DNA of 64,000 nucleotides from Blepharisma stoltei ATCC 30299. Its lineage: Eukaryota; Protista; Ciliophora. Below, piece after piece: positions 46,859 through 58,265 of this stretch (position 1 is the stretch's first letter; every line of letters starts with the position of its first letter). A program made the translations under genes and the position numbers. The stretch is taken from positions 186,001 to 250,000 of the forward strand of contig CBFDEM010000039.1 of the NCBI GenBank assembly GCA_965603825.1, written 5' to 3'. The notes beneath the pieces were generated by a model. That model did no database searches. It had not been told where the DNA came from and saw only the letters and a program-made list of their open reading frames with translations.

Positions 46859-47470
46859 ATGAAATATTTGATTGGTTTCATTTGCTTTTCTTTAGTTATT
46901 TCAGCTTCTATATCACAAAATAGTGCTTCTGAAGAATTTGAAACAGTTTGCGCTAACCCTGAGGACCCAAAATGTGCTAAATTTATGATCAGAGCTGCAA
47001 TAGACTTCATAAGCTCCAAAAGCTCAGAAAATCTTTTAGATTCAAGCTCTGAAGACTTTTTGTACGGTTTCTACATGGGAATCCAGAAAAATCCTTTATA
47101 TCCTAGCTTTTGTGTACAATCATTTACTCCTTTATCAGTCTCTTACTCTGCTCTTATTACTGGCTTTGAATCAATTTTCACAACCATGGATCTCAATTAT
47201 TTATTTGTATCAATCACCAACTTCAACGACTACAGTAACAAACTTGTAAGCTCCTGGGATTTGTGCGGAGGAAACAACTTGGTTACAATTTTAGAAAGCT
47301 TGGGGACTGCAAATGGGATTGGAAATGCTATTGTAAATATTGGCAATAACTACTCTCAAATAATGACTAACTTACAACTGATGTCTACAAGTATCGAAAA
47401 TAAAGAATACATAAATGCAGGGGTGGCATTTGGACAGATTGTAAGCGGACTGTTGGAGTTTTCAATTTAG
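46859..47470 (+). CDS. Secreted helical protein of unknown function
   Basis: Signal peptide MKYLIGFICFSLVISA; FLYGFYMGIQ...C...C...YINAGVAFGQIV. Confidence 0.8.
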   Translation: MKYLIGFICFSLVISASISQNSASEEFETVCANPEDPKCAKFMIRAAIDFISSKSSENLLDSSSEDFLYGFYMGIQKNPLYPSFCVQSFTPLSVSYSALITGFESIFTTMDLNYLFVSITNFNDYSNKLVSSWDLCGGNNLVTILESLGTANGIGNAIVNIGNNYSQIMTNLQLMSTSIENKEYINAGVAFGQIVSGLLEFSI

Positions 47471-47744
47471 AAATAAGATAATTTGATCTTTATAATAATG
47501 ATTTATGGCTGATTTAAGCTTAAGTTTTAATGGTGACTATATTAATAAGTGTGGTATTATAATTTATAAGAATCAATAAATCAAAATTTGACTTTTTAGC
47601 TGTTAAAAATTTTATTTATTTTTGTGTATGTTAATTTCCTAATTAACTAGATACGTTTAAATTAAATTTTTGTCTGCGAAATGATTAATATTGAATTAAA
47701 ATAAATCATGGCTATTTATTTGAATTTAGATCAACCATATTATA

Positions 47745-48791
47745 ATGAGAACAAGATATATTTCCAGGCTCATCAGCACTTTTAGCCCAGTAAAAATTTC
47801 TTATCAAGAGTTGGTTTATAATGCTGACATAGATAAAAAGATTGAAGAAGGCTTTGGGCCAGATGGCTTAGGAATTATTACTGTGGAAAATATTCCTGCC
47901 TACCAAGAAAAACGTATGGCTCTTTTACCTTATGCTAGAAGACTTGCTCTACTTCCTGACGCTGAAAAGGCAAAGCTAGAATTGCCTGAAATAAAGTACA
48001 TGATTGGGTGGAGCCACGGAAAAGAATTTTATGAGGGCACTGCTGATTTTTCAAAAGGGTCCTTTTATGCAAACCCAGAGGTAGACCAAGCCCCTCGCTA
48101 CGAAGGAGCTTTTCACGATAATGTGTGGCCTGAAAGTCTGCCTGGACTTAGAATAGCATTCAGAGATTTAGGCCAAGAAATTATGAGGGTTGCTGGACTT
48201 TTGGCTAGATCACTTGACAAATATGTTCTTGCTCGTTATAACGAATATCAGCCTGGCTTATTAGAAGATATCGTAAAAAATCATAAAAATACCGTTGGAA
48301 GACTTCTTCATTATTTCCCTCAAGTTGGGTCAACCCATGAATGGTGTGGCTGGCACAACGACCATTCTTGCCTGACAGGACTTACTTGTCCTCTATACCT
48401 TAATCAGACTACTGGAGAAATTGTATCTCCTAATGAGCTACCAGATGTAAAAACTGGGCTTTTCATCAGAAATAGAAAAGGTGAAATCCTGAAGGCTCAT
48501 CTCACAAATGATTTATTGTTATTCCAAATCGCAGAGACCTCGCAAATAATTTCTAATGGATGGCTTCAAGCGACCCCTCATTCTGTTTTAACAGGTGGTA
48601 ATTTCCCTGATATTTCTAGAAATACCTTCGCTGTTTTCATGGGACCAAAGCCAGACTTGGTATTAAGAGTCCCTGAAGACCATTCCAGGATGTTTGTTGA
48701 GCATGAAGGAATTCCATCCTTAAAATCTCGCTTCAAAAAAGGTATGACTTTTGGCGATTTTCATAACGCAACAGTATCTCATTTTAACTAA
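47745..48791 (+). CDS. 2-oxoglutarate/Fe(II) dioxygenase (IPNS/clavaminate synthase-like)
   Basis: RLLHYFP, WCGWHNDH (HxD), LQATPHSV, SRNTFAVF. Confidence 0.88.
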   Translation: MRTRYISRLISTFSPVKISYQELVYNADIDKKIEEGFGPDGLGIITVENIPAYQEKRMALLPYARRLALLPDAEKAKLELPEIKYMIGWSHGKEFYEGTADFSKGSFYANPEVDQAPRYEGAFHDNVWPESLPGLRIAFRDLGQEIMRVAGLLARSLDKYVLARYNEYQPGLLEDIVKNHKNTVGRLLHYFPQVGSTHEWCGWHNDHSCLTGLTCPLYLNQTTGEIVSPNELPDVKTGLFIRNRKGEILKAHLTNDLLLFQIAETSQIISNGWLQATPHSVLTGGNFPDISRNTFAVFMGPKPDLVLRVPEDHSRMFVEHEGIPSLKSRFKKGMTFGDFHNATVSHFN

Positions 48792-48834
48792 TAAATTGCG
48801 GATCCCGCTAGTTTAAACTAATCCGTTAATAAAA

Positions 48835-49956
48835 ATGAATTTTGAAAATAATAGCAACCACTTTGAAGAAGGGCCTACAAGCAGAGCGAAAAAACGATTT
48901 TTTAAGGATGCGAATAGAAGCACTAAAAAGCGAAAACTCGATAACAGGACGGAATGGGTAAAAAACTTGACATCTGAAGAAATTGAATTGCAAAGAATTG
49001 AGGAAGAAAAGCGAAGAGTTAGGGAAGATATGGAAAGGCATCAAAGGATGTACAATAAAATTAATGGAGGAATGCCAAGTTTTACGCCAAGATCTACTGG
49101 ATTTCAAACACCTAAAAAAAGACAGACCGAAGAAAATATTTTTAGACCGACATTTAAAGCTAGAAAAATCCCGAAAACAATGAACCAGCCTCAGCTGTTT
49201 ATTAGAAGCAGTGATCGACCTTTAACTGTGCCACGTGATTTTAATTTATCGTCTCCTGTAAATAGACACTCACTTTGTTTTAGCCCAGATCGCTCACTTC
49301 AAGATATAACTCCTCATGGCTCAGCCCAAAAATTAAGCTTTGAAAGCCCAGGATTCAAAGCACTGCCACTACCAGACTTTTCATCACCATTTACCCCTAA
49401 AAAAATGTTTAGCCCTACAAAGCATCAAGAATTCAACCTTAGGACTGAAATAAGAGGGAGTGCCAAAAAGCAAAATTTCGAAAAACAAATTAATGAAAAA
49501 AATGTTGCTGAGCAAAATATGCGGCATTTTCGAGCTAAAACCTGATGCCATACTACTCCAACTCCTATAAAATCCTCAGATATTCCACTTGTTTATCCTA
49601 TGGATATTGAATTGAACAGTGATAGAAGAGCTGAACAAAGGTCTTTGTTTGATGAAAACCTAAGGGAAAAAGAAAGGAGGCAAAAAGAAATACAAAGGCA
49701 GCAGGAGGAAGAAAGGAGAATCAGGGAAGAACAAGAAATAGCAGAGCTGAGAAAAAGTATGAGTTTTAAAGCGCAACCTATTTCGAGAAATGTAATAAGA
49801 CAATGGAGAAATGACAGTAATGAGAAAGAGGTAGTGAAAAATTGGAAAGATGAAAATGCAAATCCTAATATGTCAAGTTTGTTTTGTGATGAGAGCACAA
49901 TTATGGAGACAGAAGATTCAGGCATGGTGGATCAAGAAATGGCAGATGCAATTTAA
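48835..49956 (+). CDS. TPX2: TPX2-like microtubule-associated protein (373 aa)
   Basis: FKARKIP, LTVPRDFNLS, FKALPLP, EFNLRTEIR; through TGA 49543 into the C-terminal domain LNSDRRAEQRSLFDE...ELRKSMSFKAQPI. Confidence 0.85.
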
Positions 49957-50167
49957 TATAAAAATTATTATTATTTTTAATATCTTTTTAAGTATATAAT
50001 ATACCAATCGAAACAGCAATCTTTGGAAAGAAAATTCTGTAGCAATCTATTGAAATATAAATTTATTTTATTTAAGGGTATAAATTGCCATTATAAAAGC
50101 TCAACTAATATTAATAAATTTGTCTAATTTTGCTATAAATATAAATCTAAAGCTTATAATCTCACTT

Positions 50168-50240
50168 GGGAGTCTAGCTCAAATGGTAGAGCGCTTGCTT
50201 AGCATGCAAGAGGCACGGGGATCGATACCCCGGTCTTCCA
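50168..50240 (+). tRNA. tRNA-Ala(AGC)
   Basis: Cloverleaf with anticodon arm CTTGC-TTAGCAT-GCAAG, G3:U70 Ala identity pair, T arm CGGGG-ATCGATA-CCCCG, discriminator A. Confidence 0.96.
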
Positions 50241-50246
50241 TTTTTT
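50241..50246 (+). terminator. RNA polymerase III oligo-T terminator
   Basis: T6 run immediately after the tRNA. Confidence 0.8.
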
Positions 50247-50295
50247 ATTCAATATTAATTATAAATAGTTTTTAAAATGAGTTTCATTAATTTTA

Positions 50296-51822
50296 TTATC
50301 TCTTCTTATATGGGATACTTTTAATAATTGCACGATCATTCATTTCTTCTCTTGTCAAGAAAGCTTTATCATCTTCTTCCCCAGGCTCTTTTTCATCTTT
50401 AATCGGCTGCGCATCAATTTCAATTTTAATCGGCTGTTTTATAGCATTTTGTTGGCTATGATGAGTATTTGCAGGCATAACTCCAGTTGGAGCATAAGAA
50501 TGATCATTTGTGCATCCCCAATACATCTGCAATATTTCATTAGTTCTTAATTCAATAACACCTAAGCATTGCATCATATTAGATTCATCAACTCCTTGTG
50601 TGTCCAGCATCATTTCAGTCATCTCATTATTGCACCCAATTTTTTTCAAAATCTGTTGAATCCCAATTTTCAATGCATTTATAGTTTTCATTGTTTTTTC
50701 GTATTTCCTTTCATAATTTTCAGCTCTTGACTCAGTTGTGCTAAGCCTTACTTCCAAGTCACTCATAATTTTTTTCCTTTGATTATCTGTATTTATTCCT
50801 TTTCCTTTGTAGCTTTCTATTTCTGCCTTAATCTGAGCTATTTGTTTTTCTAGCCTTTCTATATCATTACTTAGCTCGTTTACATAGTTATATAAAGAAT
50901 AATTGTGTTTTTCAGCTTCAACAAAAGTTCTAACAATTTGATCAATATCAGAAAGCCCAGTTGCTTCTTCAATTTTTTTAAAGGCTTCTTCATATTGCTC
51001 TACTTTTTTTACTGCTTCTCTAATATTTTCTCGATCTTTTTTACTTATAGATCCTGTATGGTCTAAATTTTTTATGATATCCATATCATTCTTTTTCAAT
51101 AAGCTTTCTTCTTGGTTCTCTTCTTCTTTTTCTTCTTGTCTTAAATCCAAATAGTCTTTTACTTTAGAATCATTTCTTATCAGCTCAGTTAGCTCTTGCC
51201 ATTCTTGTTTAAACTTCGTCTGCTCTCTTTCTGCTGTTTCTTTTAGGCTTAATAGCTGTTTTTTTGCATCATCCCTTTGGATTTTGGCTTGCTCTTTTTG
51301 AGACTCAATTTGTTTTAATTCTTGCTGCTTTTGTTCGACTTCTTCAGTTAAACGCTGACGAAGGGTTTGGTAAACTTTTTTCTCTCTTCTTAAAGAATCA
51401 ATCTGGCTATGGATTTTCTTGTTTTGAGCTACAGCTTCATTGTACTTTTGCAGGGTTTTATCAAGCTTATGCTCAGTCTTTTTTATTTTCTGTACAATTG
51501 TGTCATTAGTTTCTTTGTTTTTTTTGGCAGCTCCAATTGAAGCACGCTTGTTGATGATTTTTTCTTGGATTTCAATGATCTTTTTGTCAAGCTCGTCACG
51601 TTTCTTGGTTTCGTATTCGATCTTTCGGGTGTAAATGTCCCCTTGATCTTGGAGACGGGCAATGTGAGATTCATTTCCAATTGGCGTTGTATGAATATGA
51701 TCAAGCTGCATTTGGTCTTTTAGCTTCTTGGTTTCTGCTTTGAGGCTCTCTATAGTTTGTCGATATTGCAGACTTTGGTGGTTGGCGTTTGGGCTTTCTT
51801 TGGTTTGAATTCGTTCTCTCAT
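50296..51822 (-). CDS. Outer dynein arm docking complex subunit (DC2 / CCDC63 / CCDC114-like)
   Basis: YEEAFKKIEEATG, FVEAEKHNYSLYNYVNEL, GVDESNMMQCLGVIELRTNEIL; long coiled coil. Confidence 0.88.
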   Translation of the reverse strand: MRERIQTKESPNANHQSLQYRQTIESLKAETKKLKDQMQLDHIHTTPIGNESHIARLQDQGDIYTRKIEYETKKRDELDKKIIEIQEKIINKRASIGAAKKNKETNDTIVQKIKKTEHKLDKTLQKYNEAVAQNKKIHSQIDSLRREKKVYQTLRQRLTEEVEQKQQELKQIESQKEQAKIQRDDAKKQLLSLKETAEREQTKFKQEWQELTELIRNDSKVKDYLDLRQEEKEEENQEESLLKKNDMDIIKNLDHTGSISKKDRENIREAVKKVEQYEEAFKKIEEATGLSDIDQIVRTFVEAEKHNYSLYNYVNELSNDIERLEKQIAQIKAEIESYKGKGINTDNQRKKIMSDLEVRLSTTESRAENYERKYEKTMKTINALKIGIQQILKKIGCNNEMTEMMLDTQGVDESNMMQCLGVIELRTNEILQMYWGCTNDHSYAPTGVMPANTHHSQQNAIKQPIKIEIDAQPIKDEKEPGEEDDKAFLTREEMNDRAIIKSIPYKKR

Positions 51823-52038
51823 GATTTTAGTTATTTTTGATAATTTTGATTTACTTACTAGTTTATATTTATAATTATTGATTTTCTCCTCTCAAAACAT
51901 GTTTTCAATTAAAAATTAAAAGTCATTGAAATAATGCATCATGAGCATTATATCTCATATACTTCTGCTATCCTTAAGTGTAAATCTTCCCTATATTATG
52001 TAAAATGTCTAACAATTTAGCATCAATTGATATCTATA

Positions 52039-53220
52039 ATGAATGAAATATCTCTCGATCGAAAAATCAAGTTCCCTCCTATAGCAAAAACTGCGGAAAA
52101 ACTGAAATCCAATCTAGACAGATCTATTCTCAATAAAACTACAATTGAGTCTCCAACTGCTTCAAAAGCCATTAATCATCTACGCTTTCGTTCTAAACTA
52201 AGCCAAGGACTTATTACTCCAGATAAAAACTCATCAATTATTAGAGATAACAAGTCAAACCTAAAGCATTTAGAAGAAACTAACCATTTAAGGACAGAAA
52301 TTGCTTTAAGCGAAGATCGCATTAAAAGTGTCAGAGCAGGAAAACCGCTAAATTTTGTTTTTCCGTCATCTCCTCTAAGGTTCGTAGAACCAGCTAAAGA
52401 AAACTACCATAGAGACCATTTAGGCACCCCACAAATTGACCCTTTAAATAGCGAACTTATATACATTGGAAGAAAACGCCATGTAAGCTTAATGAATTCT
52501 TCTCCTCATATGCCATATTTAATGCTTCCATCTCTTAAAGAAGTAATTCTAAACGCTGGAGTCAAGAAAAAAGAATTCCAAGAGAACGAAGAGGACTTAT
52601 CTAAAAAATTTGATAAGCTTGACAAGCTTTATCACCACAAAACTACTGATAAGCACGAAAGGCGAGATTTTTCTGTTCCAAAATCAATAGTCTCTCCAAG
52701 ATTGATAGGCTCCATTTTAAATGAAGACCCTACTGACAATTATTCATTAGAATTTGACCCTATACATCAACTATTCCAAAGATGCAAAGAATTTAAAAAA
52801 GGCAAAGAAAAAATGGACAGAAAACTAAATGATTTATTAGCCACACTAAAATTCGACAGATCTGAAGCAGTGTGATTGAAGCATAAGCATTTCAAAACAT
52901 CAGAAAAAAGGAGCGTGTTTCAAGGCAGGCTGCTTGATTTGTGGAATATGAGGATTGATGCTGAAAAAGAAAGACTCGAAAAGTATAGAGGAATGATAAG
53001 CCAGGTCTGCTGATATAGAGATTTGTTGTGGTTTGCAGTTACAAAATGTCCTGATATTAGTCCAACCACTTATTATATTTTAGACCATATTAAAAATATG
53101 ACAGAAGAAGGTGTTAAAATAAAGAAAAATGATATAGAAAAAGCGATTAGCAAAATACCTGAAAGTGAGAGGATTCCTGGAATAAACATTTTGATCGAAA
53201 AAATTTTAAGTGATTTATAA
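52039..53220 (+). CDS. Hypothetical protein (about 393 aa)
   Basis: ORFs 52027-52875 and 53023-53220 share one frame joined by two TGA; first ATG 52039. Confidence 0.75.
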
Positions 53221-53234
53221 TTATAAGTATACAG

Positions 53235-55271
53235 TTAATAATCAAGATCTTCAACTTCAGCCTCTTCTTCTTCATCACTATCTGTGTCAGGAAGAATCAT
53301 TGTGTATCTATAAAAAGATGGGACTTCAAATAGTGTTGTTGTCTCTTTCGGCATCGCGCTTGCTTCTGACAAACTAGTAGATACACTATTGGCATTGACA
53401 TCCGATATATAATGCGATGCTTTATCGCGTAAAATTGCGTCATTTTTGTACATTTGTTCTGGGCTTCTTTTAATTCCCAAAATATTTTTGGCCTCATATT
53501 TCATTCTTGTGTGCCTTCGCCTCCTAAAATGGGTTGGGTTTCTTGGATCGTGAGGGTTAATTTTCTTTCTCCCATTCATTTTTTTAGCTAGCCATTCTTT
53601 TTTAGTCTCTTCTTCTTGAGATCACAGGTAATTGCATTTTAGTGCGACATGTCCTATTCGTTTACAAATATAGCAGGTAACGCCAATTTGGGAATAGTCC
53701 TCTTTTTCACAGACACTCTGAATGAAATTTAAAGCTTCTTGAGCTTTGACGTCCTTGTGAAGAGAACGCCAAGCATCTTCAAATTTCAAAGTAAGGAGAT
53801 CAGAAAATGCTGAACATTTTACACTTGCTGTCCTAGAGTGGCCGACAAAAAATCCAACTTCTCCGAAGTAGCTGCCTTTTCGAAGCTCTGCTAAGTGAGC
53901 TTTCATCTGCTTGTAATAAAGATAGACTGAGCCATCTATAATAATATATATCGTTCTATTTTTTTCGCCTTCAGATAAGACTTCATCTCCTGGAGCATAG
54001 GTCTCTTCTTTGAGATTTTTTAAAATGGTGGTTAAAGACTGTAAATCTAAAAATCTTGAAAATGTAGGACAGATTTTGATGGCTGGGTAATGAATATATG
54101 CAGATATTTCATTTTTAAGAGGCTCGCTTAAAAGATTTAGAATATCATCTTCTCTTATGTTGATATTTTTTTGGTTCTCATATACATATTCCAAATAGCT
54201 TCTTACTTTAAACTGCAAATCCTTAGGTACTCTATTTCTTCTTAAATGGTTTGTCATTGAGATTATTTCTTCTCGGTGCTTTTTTTCTTTGAGATCTGTT
54301 CTTTCTACAAACTCATGTATGCTCCCAATTGCATACCCATAAAATGCTGAAGCAAAAACCATACATATCATAGCAACAATTTTTTCAGGTGTTGTGTGAG
54401 CGTGGATGTCCCCATATCCAATTGTAAGTAGCGTTGTGAAAGCTCAGTATAAACTAATTACATATTTTTCTGCTAATGAAAGATCGCCCATCTGATCACT
54501 TTCTTCGTACACTCTTACTCATGAATCAGAAGCATTTAAACCTTGAGAAGACCCTGTGTAATACCACAAGCAACCAATTCAATGTGCAAACATATAGATA
54601 GCTACTAAGAACCGAAATAAATGAAATATCTGAAGGAGCAGCTCATGAGTTATGCTATCTTCAATTTTCAATATAATCAGCCTTATTTTTGCAAATCTTA
54701 GCAGCCGAATAATTTTAAAAAACCTAGGCAGCCTCGCAGATTTTAATAACTGTGAGGAGCTAGTTCCATCACTTTGGAACACGCCGCCATCAATAATTCA
54801 AGTATAAGGAAAACTTGAGAGTAGATCAAGCATAAATCATGATTTTAAATAATGAAAAGCAATTAACTTTCTGTTCATAATCAATGTACCTTTTTTAAAG
54901 TAACCTGTGTTGAAATTAAAGATAATATCAGTTAATAAAGCTAGTGAAATAACAAAATCATAATAAACTAAAAGCCCAGTTGTCGTGATATCAAAACTTA
55001 TTGAAAAAGGGACGTAAATTCCTTGAGAAAGCAAATCTAGAAATATAAAGACATCTCATACGAGTTTTCAGTAGCTTTCTGCATGGATCAAAAATTTCCC
55101 ATTTCATTCTTCTTTATTTCACATCGTATCATAATTAACTTTTGGGATAAAATCAATTGGCGTTATTTGTTTTTGAGGCCTCAAAATAGCGTTTGGGTCT
55201 TTAGGATCCATAGAATGGGAATGTACAATCAAATTAGATAAACTAAGAATTGAGTCATCGTCTTTTTCCAT
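53235..55271 (-). CDS. EAG/HCN-like potassium channel with cyclic-nucleotide-binding domain and C-terminal CCHC knuckle (about 678 aa)
   Basis: Four ORFs in one frame joined by TGA; S4 ARLPRFFKIIRLLRFAK; pore LYWAFTTLLTIGYGDI; CNBD GSYFGEVGFF...RTASV; alternative ATG at 55289. Confidence 0.92.
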
Positions 55272-55615
55272 CTTATTTATTAGAATCATTGAATGTTGCT
55301 AAAGGCATTTAAATTTCGGTAGACTAATGCATTTTGCAAACAATTTTAACTGTTGGCCTCAATTATAGATTTTAAATTTTAGCCAAAGCATTTTATGTGA
55401 ATTCAAATATTTTTTTTAATAATAAAATTAATTTGTTCCAGAGCATATAAAATTTATTTTATAAATTGTATGCTGTAAAGGTCATTACTATATAAGATGG
55501 ATGAAACTTTTTCTCAGTTAATCACATAAATTAAAATAGGAACAATAACTGAGTTATTATAACTTTAATAGCACACACACAAAAAAAAAACACAATGCAA
55601 ATTAAAAGATATTAT

Positions 55616-55849
55616 CTAATTTCATTTGTGCTGATATACACAATAATCCAATTCAGATTGGGCATCTTTGCATGATTTCTTGTCCCCATTGGAGAGTATG
55701 CATATATGCAAATCAGCATTTTGTTTGTTACAGTGCTTTTCTATTAGCTTGTCGTTTTCTACTTCTTTAGAGACATGTCAATGAGCACAATAGATTCCAG
55801 TAACTAAAGCAGGTAAGATGAGAATAGCAGCTGAATAAGCGTATTCCAT
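55616..55849 (-). CDS. Small twin-CX9C protein with N-terminal hydrophobic segment (77 aa)
   Basis: MEYAYSAAILILPALVTGIYCAHW...HCNKQNADLHIC...SCKDAQSELDYCVYQHKWN; needs TGA=Trp; absent from the ORF track. Confidence 0.75.
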
Positions 55850-55888
55850 TTTATTATTAGCTTTAAACAATAAATAAATACAATACAT

Positions 55889-56563
55889 ATGGGAAGTTAC
55901 TCAAAGATCAGACAAATGCAAAAACAGCTGCGGATGAAGAATGAAGATGGGCCTGTGAAACCATCCAAAACTACAATCCAAGCTATGTAATCCTTAATCA
56001 GGCACTCATTTGACTCCAACATTAAATCTCCCTTAATCAGGAAAAAGCTAATTAGTAAAGCTAAGGGTGATGACCAAAGAACAAAAAATTCTCGATGGGG
56101 ATTTTCTCTTATAGAGCGTCCAACCCCTAAATCTACAGAAATTTCCAAAGTGTCCATATTGAAACCGATAAATGACCGTGCGTTAGAATATGAATTAGCA
56201 ATTCGATCACATCTGAGGTCTGAGTCTTATTCATCTTCATCAAAACGCTCAGCAGTTATACCGCTGACGAAGGCCAAAATATCTAATGTGCTGCCAGAGC
56301 TTAAAAATGAAAATTTAAATACCACTTGAGATAAGCATCTTGTGAAATTAGAAAAACAAGAAAGTCAGCTGAAAAAACTAATAAAAAATCTGGATAGGAA
56401 GAAAAAGCTAATTAAATTGTCGCAAACTCCGATGAGATCGTATTCTCCTGAAATGGTAAGCAAAGATGATAAAATTAGAAACGTTTCAAACTCGCCTAAG
56501 AAGGGTATTGGCGTCGCGAAGGCTGATCCAATTGCCAAAAGAAAAAGAATTTATTTAAAGTAA
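55889..56563 (+). CDS. Hypothetical basic protein (219 aa; one 15-nt intron)
   Basis: ATG 55889, intron 55987-56001, one TGA, in frame with ORF 56342-56563. Confidence 0.75.
55987..56001 (+). other. 15-nt intron GTAATCCTTAATCAG
   Basis: Removes an in-frame TAA; A at position 10 as in the other introns. Confidence 0.82.
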
Positions 56564-56696
56564 TTAAACCTGCTGAGTTTATATTCCGGCTTGTCAAAAA
56601 TAAAAACCCTAATCACTCTCCAACATAACATTAAGCCTTCTTCCTCACTTTCTATATTAAACTTATTATTTTCAATAGATCTATTAAAATAAGACT

Positions 56697-58265
56697 CTAA
56701 ATTTCTTCCAACTCATTCAGGTCGAATTCTACCTTCCAATACACATTTTCAAAGTATTCACTCGCAGTTTCGTCTCCTCCAAAACCTTGAGCATCTGACA
56801 CTGAAGAAATTGGTTCAATTTGAGCATTATCAGAATCAGTGAACACAGGCAAATTTGAGCTTTCAGTTTCATTATTTCCTTCAGAGCTTGCACTTTCAAA
56901 GTTATAAATAGCACCTAGCTCAGAGTTTGCTACTCTATTATAAACCTCAACTATTTCTTTTTCAAACGAAGCCCATCCTTCAATTTTATTTATAACCTCA
57001 TCTTCTATTATTCCTTTATTTTTGCTGCTTATCAATAAATTAGCTATTTTGTACACATACCCCATAGATCCTCTTTTAATAAGTGCCCTTCCATACTGAA
57101 CATAAGGAGAATTGCCTAATCTAATAAGCAGCTGAGGAAGCTTTGCATCCTCAAGCAAAGCAATTTGCAAATCTTGCGAATCTGAGTATATAATCGATTC
57201 TACAATATTGAAGTATCTTTCATGCAAGAGGGAGTTCCAATCATGGCTTTCAAATAGCTCAGTTAGCTTCGGAATTATTTCGGCTACTTTGAAGAGTCTA
57301 CCAACCTCAGGTAAATGTGCACCACATAAGATATTGATGATTTGCATAATGACGAGTTTTGTTTCTCCAATGATAGTAGCCTCACACCCTGCTTGGTTCT
57401 TCAATGTCTTTTCTACTTTGAAGATAAGGTCTCTAATCGTCTCTATTTGCAGTAAAAATTTCAAAGAAATCGAGCTTTCTTCTTTAAAAGCTGCAAAAAT
57501 AGACAGCAGAACTTTGGCTGATGAGGTCACCACTTCTCTGTTTTCTGATTTCAAATTTTGAAAGAATGAAGAAATGACCGCTTCATTTGCCAGATATTCA
57601 ATCCCTGGGAAACAATCATTTAAGGCTCTGCAAATTATGTTCTGGGAGTTTAAAGCTACTAAAGGACTGTAATCCACAGTCAGTTTAGAAACTAATATAT
57701 CAATAATTTCTGTTCTCTGCTGTTTAAAGGTGAATGAAGATGATAAGCACTTATAGGCTATATCAGCTATTGACTGGCTATATATGTGATTGAGAAGGAA
57801 GAAATGATAATTTTGACTGTAAAAGAAGTCTAATAATTTTCTTTCGTTAGAGCGCATCAAAATGTCGAATGCTTTCGCGAAATACCCAGAAAGCAAAAAG
57901 TTGAGAGGCGCATCTCCTTTGAGGAAGTTGAGCAAGTTTTCTAATAAGGTTTGGTCGGAATGGACGAGATCTAATAATGCGCCACACTCGACCGAAAAAA
58001 AGAGACTTGAAACAAAAGGATATGTGTGGATTCTGGCTGGAGAATCACTTTCGCTTGGCTCTACTGTAATGAAAGTAAGAAGCTGTCTTACCATTTCAGG
58101 GGTAAGATAGCTTATCAGTATCTTACTCCCAACAGTGATTTGGTCCGGGGTTGAAGGGTTTTCGAGTATTTGCTCAAGTGTAGGGTTTTCTGAAATAAAC
58201 TTGTTGTATTTTTCAAATGCGGCACTAAATTTGAACTGGTTAAGCTGAATTGAACTCAGTCTCAT
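56697..58265 (-). CDS. SAPS-domain protein (SIT4/PP6 phosphatase regulatory subunit-like)
   Basis: TLEQIL, YPFVSS, LNFLLSGYFAK, HIYSQSIAD, LFESHDWNSLLH, RGSMGY. Confidence 0.88.
   Translation of the reverse strand: MRLSSIQLNQFKFSAAFEKYNKFISENPTLEQILENPSTPDQITVGSKILISYLTPEMVRQLLTFITVEPSESDSPARIHTYPFVSSLFFSVECGALLDLVHSDQTLLENLLNFLKGDAPLNFLLSGYFAKAFDILMRSNERKLLDFFYSQNYHFFLLNHIYSQSIADIAYKCLSSSFTFKQQRTEIIDILVSKLTVDYSPLVALNSQNIICRALNDCFPGIEYLANEAVISSFFQNLKSENREVVTSSAKVLLSIFAAFKEESSISLKFLLQIETIRDLIFKVEKTLKNQAGCEATIIGETKLVIMQIINILCGAHLPEVGRLFKVAEIIPKLTELFESHDWNSLLHERYFNIVESIIYSDSQDLQIALLEDAKLPQLLIRLGNSPYVQYGRALIKRGSMGYVYKIANLLISSKNKGIIEDEVINKIEGWASFEKEIVEVYNRVANSELGAIYNFESASSEGNNETESSNLPVFTDSDNAQIEPISSVSDAQGFGGDETASEYFENVYWKVEFDLNELEEI

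Noticed and set aside
50221-50227. Non-canonical T-loop ATCGATA as a sign of a tRNA pseudogene or SINE
   Set aside because: A54-type T-loops are normal for eukaryotic tRNA-Ala(AGC).
56603-56612. Telomere-like AAACCCTAA (also near 62740)
   Set aside because: Single isolated copies in AT-rich DNA with no tandem array.
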